Under the pieces are notes generated by a model. The model was not told where the DNA came from. It made no database searches and was given only the letters and a program-made list of their open reading frames with translations. A stretch of 64,000 nt of DNA from positions 150,294 through 214,293 of the forward strand of contig NW_005434561.1 in assembly GCF_000315625.1 (NCBI RefSeq). Direction: 5' to 3'. The position numbers were made by a program, and so were the translations under genes. The DNA comes from Guillardia theta CCMP2712 (Eukaryota > Protista > Cryptophyta). This document shows, in pieces, positions 56,429 to 64,000 of the stretch. Numbering within the stretch: position 1 is the stretch's first letter; each line of letters begins with the position of its first letter.

Positions 56429-57835
56429 GATGGAACGTATGCCAGCCGTGCCAGTCAGATAGCGCCGAGTTAACAAAAACTCTCCTGTAAACCAAGACGA
56501 CTTACGTGGCGAGGCGGCATGTAGTACGTGGGATGAAGAGGGGACTTTCCTAGCCGTCTTGCTAAGGTCCTCTCATGTCTGGATGCTTGGGTTTCACATC
56601 CTAGCATACAGTCTATCTCTCATGTGCTCCTCAATGCTGGTTTTTGTGTGCATTAAACTTGAAACTCGGTCTTGAGCAAAAACTGTCTTGTTACAACTAA
56701 GGTCGATGTGACGTCTGCGTGACTTTGGACTAGTACAAGTCTAACAAACTTGTATTCCGTCGGTTATGGGCCCCGATTACATGCTCAATCATGTTGATCT
56801 TATATTTGGTTAGTTGAATTGTTTACTGGAGTTTTTTTCTTTCTTGGTATTGTTTTCCCGTTGCTGTTGAAAATTCATGCAAATTCTATCAAGCTTTACA
56901 CATTCGGATGACTCCTCTCTTCAATCAGGCTCTCTTTCTAGCCGCAAGTTGTTTAGGCCTCTCATCTCAGCCTCAATTTGTTTGATTGATCTTCGAATAG
57001 GAAAAACAAGCCTTTCCCCAGCCAGATTGGTCGGTCGAATATCTGCTTAACCGTGTGGAAACGCACTTGAAGCTGATTCGATTCTTATTTTTCTTGATCT
57101 TTGAGTAGGATCAAATGGAACTACCAGGAGATCTGGCGGAAGTTTTCATGTCATGGAGCTAGGCTGTGGCATGCATAACTGGAGCTACTTCTGGATCGGC
57201 GAACAAGGTACAACTGCACAACAATCTTCGAATGCCTTGAAACGGATGTTCCATCTCGCGGCAGCAATCTCTGGTCACAAGTTCTTTACGGTTCAAAATT
57301 TATCTTTTGGTCTTCAAATGCCGGCGGGCACGCTCTCTCTCTCTCTCTCTCTCTGTTATCTGAACTCCGAAGTTCTCTCCTCAGACTCTCTTATCTTATC
57401 CTCCTTCTCTCGTCATCAAGTTGCATCAGCTCGCCAGGCATCTCCCTTATCTCTGCACTGCACATCTAATAGCCCTGCATGAAAATCTTCTTCAGAATGG
57501 ACAATCCTTGAATGGTTATTGCCCACTCAGCATGACTGTGAACTTGACGTTGTATCATCGTATCTTGACTTGGATCTGCTGACATTCTTGTTTGTGTGAC
57601 TTTCTGACGTCCGATGTAACGTACTATTTCAGAAACTCGGGGGGAGGATGGAACGTATGCCAGCCGTGCCAGTCAGATAGCGCCGAGTTAACAAAAACTC
57701 TCCTGTAAACCAAGACGACTTACGTGGCGAGGCGGCATGTAGTACGTGGGATGAAGAGGGGACTTTCCTAGCCGTCTTGCTAAGGTCCGGCTCTCATGTC
57801 TGGATGCTTGGGTTTCACATCCTAGCATACAGTCT
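56429..57835. repeat. ~187-bp direct repeat (56429-56614 and 57647-57835)
   Basis: Identical apart from a 3-nt insertion in the second copy. Confidence 0.92.
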
Positions 57836-58243
57836 GGCCGGCTGCTCTTACTACGGGCCGGCTGCTCTTACTAAGGGCCGGCTGCTCTTACTAAGGGCCG
57901 GCTGCTCTTCAGGCTTACCGTGCCCGCACCGTCTAAGGGCCGGCTGCTGAAGAGTCTTACTAAGGGCCGGCTCAGTGCTCTTACTAAGGGCCGGCTCTGC
58001 TCTTACTAAGGGCCGGCTGCTCTTACTAAGGGCCGGCTCCTAAACCCTAAACCCTCTCTGAGCTCCATTCGCTCAGAGAGTCAAACAGGTCGCGTCTCGC
58101 TTGACGGAATACAAGTTTGTTAGACTTGTACTAGTCCAAAGTCACGCAGACGTCACATCGACCTTAGTTGTAACAAGACAGTTTTTGCTCAAGACCGAGT
58201 TTAATGCACACGGAAAACCAGCATTGAGGAGCACATGAGAGAT
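56615..58243. repeat. ~145-bp inverted repeat (56615-56761 and 58103-58243), apparently a hAT-transposase coding fragment
   Basis: Reverse-complement match with small indels; conceptual translation TSPKSRRRH...EEHMRDAASKFKSLGIATGVLYNTRWASALR contains hAT-like SPK and TRWxS motifs. Confidence 0.7.
57836..58038. repeat. 20-bp tandem repeat (GGCCGGCTGCTCTTACTAAG) x8 with short internal insertions
   Basis: Directly visible. Confidence 0.9.
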
Positions 58244-58617
58244 GCTGCGAGCAAGTTCAAGAGTCTTGGTATAGCAACCGGAGTGCTGTACAATACACGC
58301 TGGGCGAGCGCTCTTAGGACGGTTTAGGGTTTAGGGTTTAGGGGCAGGAAGGAAGAAGGGGGACCGGGATTGGAATTGGAACGGGCCCGGAGGACAGCGT
58401 TACTGAAAACAGCTAATACGGAAGCAACCAGGCCCAAGGGGCCTATAGGCCCACAATGGGCCAACCTCCCAAGGTTGGGAACCCCTTTAGACGGATCATT
58501 AGGCGAGAGATGAGCGAAGAGCAATAGTTCTTAGCTATGAAACTCTTGACTAAGAGTCTAATAAACTCAAATGATGATAATAATAATAATAATTACTGAG
58601 GGTTTAGGGTTTAGGAG
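58037..58617. mobile_element. Small insert bracketed by inverted telomere repeats (perfect 20-bp CTCCTAAACCCTAAACCCTC), with an internal TTTAGGG tract
   Basis: 58037-58056 is the reverse complement of 58598-58617; internal (GGTTTAG)3 at 58321-58344. Confidence 0.7.
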
Positions 58618-58830
58618 GCCGCCCCCATATCGGTCGGGGCATTGCTTCTTGACATTGTTGTCGAAGGGGGGTTATTAGTGTATCATGGGGTGGTTTTGGG
58701 TTTCGAATTTTTATATTGAGAAAAGTTAGTTATCAGGACTTGGTCTATTCATATATGTTGTTTTCACTGGATTTTACATGTTTTTAGTTTTTGATTATGG
58801 TACTAAATCGCTCTTTTTCCTTTTGTATCC

Positions 58831-60130
58831 ATGACCCGTATTGTGGGTTGGGGTACCAGGGGCATCATCTCTCCTCTTGCTTCTCTCTCCTCTTCACGCA
58901 TACTCCATAAGTCTGTCGCTGATCGCGGCTGTAACAGACTTGACAGTGAGATGCGTTCTCCAAGTCTGTTACGACACCCAGCATTAAAAGGACGAGAGAG
59001 AATCAGAATTTCTTGTAGCGTCGCCCAACCAGACGACGTGGACGACGAACATGGCAATGGTGTACCCCAGACTCTCAAGCTACCATTCTTCTTTCAAAGG
59101 ATGTTCGTTAACAATAGGCCACAGAAATCTAATCCCGGTGTGTTTTACGACGAAACAAGCCATTTGAGTTTTGCCTTGCAGCCATCCATGCCAGGGGAAT
59201 CTCCTTCTTGGACGTAAACAAGCAAAATCGGTACGGTTTGATCAAAGAGGTTTCAAATGATTTTGTATCAGTTTACATTCTGTACACCAAGGATGTTTTG
59301 CACGAAGTTCAACAGAATATCAAATCTCCAACAAGGTTGATTCAGATCAGAGATCGCATGGATGATTTCCACTGCTTGCAAAGCAGTTACATGGATGAGG
59401 TTCCAATGCAAGACATTCAAGGAATAGTGTCCATCAATTGTGCGCAAGTTTCTCTTAAAGGAATCTCGATGAAAAGCTTCAAGGCTCATTGTCGGGTGGT
59501 TGTATTTTGGCGTATCTGAACGCAAAAGTCAGGAATGTCAAGTTTCTTTCTTCAAGTCTTTCAAACTAACGGCGGATCATCTGCCAGAATTATTTTAACG
59601 TTTTGAACCGACATGTCCATATCGTTGATTCATTGTATTGGGAATTGTCCAAAGTCAGGCACAGTCTGCATAAATGGTTGCAGCTCAGAGGAAAACCCAA
59701 GGTTCGAAGTTTGGAAGCAGCAAAAGAAGCTCCCTTACGGTTCAATGTCGAACTTGCGGATGTGAACGCAATCTTGTTTTTATTGAAGCTTTGTCAAGCA
59801 GAAAATCAACAGGCCAGTGAGATCCAATGTTCGTATGTAAGCTACAGTACACTCGTCACATGCTCTTGGATCATACCTGAGACATCTTTGAAGTCATCCA
59901 TCGTGCAACGGTATTTGAATATACCATTTAAGGAGTGCCCTCTCGAGCTTGCAAACTCTTCAGGATCGCTTTACGTAGAGGGGCCGTTAACGATTAGCCT
60001 AAAGCGCTACACATGGATGGAATGGCAAAGAGATTTGGAGGTTCCCACCAATTACACAGAACGTATGAAATTTGCAGATTACGGCTCCGGAAGTTTCCGC
60101 CTTTGCGAAATCTTAAACTTTAACATTTAA
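58831..60130 (+). pseudogene. Broken or spliced AT-rich ORF set with a BAH-like domain, convergent with the transposase
   Basis: Three consecutive + ORFs; RYGLIKEV...VSVYILYT...HCLQSSYMDEVPMQDIQGIVSI resembles the BAH consensus. Confidence 0.4.
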
Positions 60131-60211
60131 TTTATTACATACCGCCTAAACCTCCCTCTAAAAATCTTTTGTACTCAATTCCCTTTTTCTCTAAATTGTG
60201 CCAACTGTTCA

Positions 60212-61343
60212 TCAATAACAAAGAAATGGCATAATACGACCACGCTGCCTCGAATGTGCAATGCGACGCTTTCCGCTCATGAAAGCATTGATTTCTGTTA
60301 AGGCTTGAGCAAATGAAGGTCTACCTTGCCAGCGATGTCTGTTTTCAACGTTCGACATATTCAACAATCCTAAAGGAATTCCACATTCTTCCATGATGCT
60401 TTCGAACTGATCACCGATATGGCCGACGCACAAGCTATGGAAGTAAAATGACTGTAACATCTTCACGTCCCCAACGACGTCTATATATTTCACACACCAA
60501 CTTCGAATCCTGGCTGGGATTTGCTTTGCTACTTCAAGATCAATTTTGTCTCGATGCTGTGTCATGAGTACGCTACTCAAAAAGGACCATTCTTCAACGA
60601 CTTCATGCCATTTTTGTCTCTTCTCTGAATCAGTCTCATACAAGTAGTCAATAATCATTGGAGAATTCTTCAAAAATCTGGTACATTGCTCTCCATTCAA
60701 TTGCCTGCGACCAGATTTGTCGTTAAACTGAACTGAAACACCGCGAGATTGTAATTCATCGTTGATGAAGGCGAGCTTCCTCAATTGTACAGCTCTTTCC
60801 TGCAACGCACATATCATCGAGTTCACTATCCTTCCATGCATGTGCATCGTGCAGTGAATAAAAAACAATGGATTCATGCCTTGAATATTCTGTCTGCAAA
60901 TGGGAACACGGCGCAGCATAGGAAACTTTGTACCTGGGGGAATAACTTTGCTTGGGTCCATCAAAGATTCCATGACTCTTGCTTGATTCTGGGTATCCAT
61001 CATTTCTTGGAATTCAGCGTAATCCGTCTCGTGAAAGGACTTGAAACAGGCTGGTTTTTTTTCAACATCTCTCATTCCACCAATATCGAAAATGTACCAG
61101 TGACCTTGCATGTCTGATCTCATTATGAACAGAACACTGATCACTTTGTCTGGATGTCTACCTTCGCGGCGCTTCTGCATCCCACCAGCAGCCTTGCCAT
61201 CGAAAATTTGAATCCCATAAGTTTGCAGCTCCCGCAGTGCTGGTCCAAAGGGTACCCAAAAGCTTCGCTTAAAAACCTCAGGGCTATCAGGATGAGGCAT
61301 GTAAGCAATTGTAAGCAAACAAGAAGCCTTGATTCGCGAGCAA
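60212..61343 (-). pseudogene. RAG1/Transib/Chapaev-like DDE transposase, catalytic C-terminal part; interrupted by an insertion, frame resumes at 63980-64000
   Basis: MRSDMQG (second Asp), IHCTMHM.GRI, QLNGEQC.RFL, FYFHSLCVGHI (cf. RAG1 NYFHKTLAHV), LGLLNMSNVENRH (catalytic Glu). Confidence 0.78.
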
Positions 61344-61439
61344 CCCTAAACCCTAAACCCCGGTTATTTCAGGCACCATGGCTGCACGCGTTGTGTAGGG
61401 GAAGCTGCCAGGGCGCCAAGGAAGCTGCAAGCGAGAGGT

Positions 61440-63614
61440 TTGTATACTTCAAATAGCTTTCTAAGTATGGTTCTTCAGTATGATGAAAATGTTCGCAACA
61501 TGCTGTATCGGAGATCATGCCAATACACGCAGAGCGGACTTGTGGATGCCTCTGTCCTCGAAGCTGATCTCGTCGAGAGGGTGAAGAGCTTCGCGAAGCG
61601 TTATCCGAACAGCAGGACAGCCCAGGCTTGCAAGGCTGTGGAGGGATGTACCCCCGACGCTATCGCAGAAGCCATCCGCTCGACATGTCAGCAGGCACGA
61701 CGTGAGCTTCTACAAGAAGCAATGACTGGATGGAGTGACGCATCCAGAGAGTGGTTTATGCAGCAGATTGAAGAAGCCAAGAAGGAGAAGGTCGAGACAT
61801 ACACCGCCTCAGCAGGCAACGAGGTGACTTCCTTCATCTCCATGACTCTCCTGGGCATCTCCTCGGTGTATGTCAACCATGAAGAAAAGCTGAAGAAGAA
61901 ATTCGAAGAGATCGGACTGATCGTAGACTCAGTGCAAGAGAGTAAAGCAATCATGTGGAAGGCTCCGTATAGACCCGAGATAGCGAGTGCTGAGGAGATC
62001 CCGGTGACTGTTTCCTTCCTCCGCAATGCACAAGCGGAGAAGCTCTGGCAGGGAAGAGAGGACTTCGCGATCGATGGTCGCAAGTTCACAGCTGTACATG
62101 TGAGCATCGTGCACGATCGATCTTTCAAGATTCGAGCCAAGAGAGGACCCTGGGGCAAAGGGGGCAGCTTGGCAGAGCTGACCCATCTGTTAACCTTGGG
62201 CGGCATGACAACGGCTGAGATAGCTGCCGTCTATCGCTATCAGCTGCTGCGCCAGTCCCTTGCAGCGGTCCAACTCCAGCCGCTGGCAGGCATGCTGGTC
62301 GCTGGGGCGCCAGGCCAGCAAGTCCACAAAGGCTTAGGTCAGAAAGGCTTCGTCGCTGTAGGGGCCAACGTCATCTGGAGACAGAGGGAGGTGGAGTGGA
62401 TCGTCTCCTCGAGCTGCCCAGAGGCGAATGATACAGCATTTCGAGCTTTCCGAGAGAGCGAAGCGATGGAGGGAGTACACCTGACTCTGTTCAGCGAGGA
62501 CCCGAAGATCAGAGAGGCGCTCGCAGTCGAGTTGACAGCTGATCGCTTTGTGTCCAGAAATAAGTTGAAGAAGGCATCAAGGATGCAGAAGAAGGCAGGC
62601 GGCAAGGACGGCAAGGAGATCAAGATCATCATCAAGTCGACGGCGGCATCTGGTCGCTTCACGAGGAAGGAGATGGAGGGGCTGTGCAACGGCGGCAACA
62701 CGTCTATCGCAAGAGTCAAGAGAGTCTTGTTGGAGATCGCTAACAGGCTCGAGATCAAAGTTGAAGGCATCGACATGGAGGAGGATTTGAACACCAAGTC
62801 CTGGAACGGGTCCAAGCTATGCATCCTCCTCGGCTCCACGGAGGATGCTCGACGCATGATGAAGGAGCTGCCCTTCTATCTCGAAGGCGCAGCAACCAAG
62901 CTCGAAGCAGTCGGCTTCGACAAGGAGCCTGACTCTGAGGCGGCTGGTCAGCGGGGCACCAGCGACGCAGCGCAGCGACAGGAGGAAAGCGAGGGAGAGT
63001 GGCTGGAGTTTACAGACCTGGAGAGGATCACAATGGAGGCAGCATCTCCGTCAAGCCAAGAGGACATGCAGCTTGTCAGCGAGCTGTCAGCAGTCATCGA
63101 AGATGCAGCTTCTTTGAACGAGGCGGGGACGAGCGAGCCGATCAAGCTGGTCCTGGACAAGGCCGTTGGCAACCTCCACGACACCTTCTACTCTCCGGGG
63201 AGCCTGGAGTTCATGTCGCTGGGAGAGTGGGCGAAGACGCCAGAGGAGCAGGGAGTGGGACGCAACGTTCTCAAGGAGAAGCTGGGGAAGTGGCTGCAGA
63301 GCAAGCGCTGGACTCGCGTGCAAGGAGAGAGCAAGAAGGCAAGGAGGGGCAGCGCGTTCTCGCCACGGGCAACGGCAGCTGCTGAGCTTGAGCAGGAGGC
63401 GGAGAGCGACGACATAGAGCGTCGATCTCTTAGCTTCCTGTTTATAGCACTGAGTAAATTCGCAGAGATGCATGTGCTGGCCTGCTCGCTGAAGGTGGAC
63501 AAGAAGGACCGACTGCGGGTGGAGATGAGGGAAGATGACGAAGAAGAGGAAGACATGGAGGAAGAGCAAGGCGAGGGCGAGGAAGAAGACGGGGCGAGCC
63601 CGTACCGAGCTTGA
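61440..63614 (+). CDS. ~720-aa protein of unknown function with RRM-like segments and an acidic tail (retroelement ORF1-like?)
   Basis: Uninterrupted ORF; VTVSFLRNAQAEKL...IDGRKFTAV and CILLGSTEDARRMM resemble RRM beta3-alpha2; no RT or nuclease motifs seen. Confidence 0.75.
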   Translation: MYTSNSFLSMVLQYDENVRNMLYRRSCQYTQSGLVDASVLEADLVERVKSFAKRYPNSRTAQACKAVEGCTPDAIAEAIRSTCQQARRELLQEAMTGWSDASREWFMQQIEEAKKEKVETYTASAGNEVTSFISMTLLGISSVYVNHEEKLKKKFEEIGLIVDSVQESKAIMWKAPYRPEIASAEEIPVTVSFLRNAQAEKLWQGREDFAIDGRKFTAVHVSIVHDRSFKIRAKRGPWGKGGSLAELTHLLTLGGMTTAEIAAVYRYQLLRQSLAAVQLQPLAGMLVAGAPGQQVHKGLGQKGFVAVGANVIWRQREVEWIVSSSCPEANDTAFRAFRESEAMEGVHLTLFSEDPKIREALAVELTADRFVSRNKLKKASRMQKKAGGKDGKEIKIIIKSTAASGRFTRKEMEGLCNGGNTSIARVKRVLLEIANRLEIKVEGIDMEEDLNTKSWNGSKLCILLGSTEDARRMMKELPFYLEGAATKLEAVGFDKEPDSEAAGQRGTSDAAQRQEESEGEWLEFTDLERITMEAASPSSQEDMQLVSELSAVIEDAASLNEAGTSEPIKLVLDKAVGNLHDTFYSPGSLEFMSLGEWAKTPEEQGVGRNVLKEKLGKWLQSKRWTRVQGESKKARRGSAFSPRATAAAELEQEAESDDIERRSLSFLFIALSKFAEMHVLACSLKVDKKDRLRVEMREDDEEEEDMEEEQGEGEEEDGASPYRA

Positions 63615-63639
63615 GCTGAGCTCAAGGTAAGGAGAGAAG

Positions 63640-63822
63640 GTAGGAGGCGACCGAAGGCCAAGGTGAGGAGAGGCAACTCTCCTGACTGAGGCTGAGGAAG
63701 CTGAATGGAGGAGGAGTAGGTGGCGACCGAAGGCCAAGGTGAGGAGAGGCAACTCTCCTGACTGAGGCTGAGGAAGCTAAATGGAGGAGGAGTAGGTGGC
63801 GACCGAAGGCCAAGGTGAGGAG
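63640..63822. repeat. 76-bp tandem repeat x2.4 adjoining the telomere tract
   Basis: Units start 63640, 63716, 63792; each full unit contains the hairpin AGGAGAG-GCAA-CTCTCCT. Confidence 0.9.
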
Positions 63823-63976
63823 GGTTTAGGGTTTAGGGTTTAGGGTTTAGGGTTTAGGGTTTAGGGTTTAGGGTTTAGGGTTTAGGGTTTAGGGTTTAGG
63901 GTTTAGGGTTTAGGGTTTAGGGTTTAGGGTTTAGGGTTTAGGGTTTAGGGTTTAGGGTTTAGGGTTTAGGGTTTAG
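63821..63976 (+). repeat. Interstitial telomeric repeat (TTTAGGG)~22
   Basis: Perfect heptamer array followed by 24 bp of non-telomeric sequence. Confidence 0.97.
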
Positions 63977-64000
63977 CAAAGTAGGGTGCTATTTACCATC

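Larger units (their letters stand above)
61344..63974 (+). mobile_element. 2.6-kb insert capped by telomere repeats at both ends, flanked by AGCAA direct repeats
   Basis: AGCAA(61339-61343)-CCCTAAACCCTAAACCC ... (GGGTTTA)~22-AGCAA(63975-63979); GC-richer than the interrupted transposase. Confidence 0.85.

Noticed and set aside
56429-56614. Telomerase RNA
   Set aside because: Structured and near telomere repeats, but lacks a CTAAACCCT-type template.
60212-63614. Fanzor/TnpB nuclease or reverse transcriptase
   Set aside because: No RuvC D-P-G/E/D plus zinc-finger pattern and no YxDD RT motif in either ORF.
63821-64000. True chromosome end
   Set aside because: Non-telomeric sequence follows and rejoins the interrupted transposase in frame.

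Overview
Eukaryotic nuclear DNA, probably a cryptophyte such as Guillardia theta. This is an inference from the short ~40-90 nt GT-AG introns, TTTAGGG telomere repeats and a signal-peptide+AF plastid-targeting motif. The window has three zones. (1) 1-9383 is the right part of an AT-rich, intronless integrated Polinton-like virus (PLV). It carries penton-like capsid gene(s), a frameshifted D5/SF3 helicase and a tyrosine recombinase, with two large inverted hairpin repeats bracketing the helicase-recombinase module. It ends in an array of ~74-bp att-like units, and the last unit stops at a GCTGAC core shared with the host target. (2) ~9.4-56 kb holds intron-rich host genes: PIP5K, an IP3R-N-terminal/coiled-coil protein, a Cas1p-type O-acetyltransferase with C-terminal SGNH domain, an LRR protein, a 2OG-Fe(II) oxygenase, a PA14/PA membrane protein, an ankyrin-PARP, a beta-helix protein and UDP-xylose synthase. 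It also holds a large surface-protein gene whose N-terminus appears to be built from a chain of single-codon phase-0 microexons. (3) 56-64 kb is a nest of mobile DNA. A RAG1/Transib/Chapaev-like transposase faces a degenerate BAH-like gene and is interrupted, with an AGCAA duplication and a restorable reading frame, by a 2.6-kb insert capped with telomere repeats at both ends. A second, smaller telomere-bracketed insert lies nearby. All family assignments are by motif recognition only; no database searches were run, and exon boundaries of host genes are approximate.
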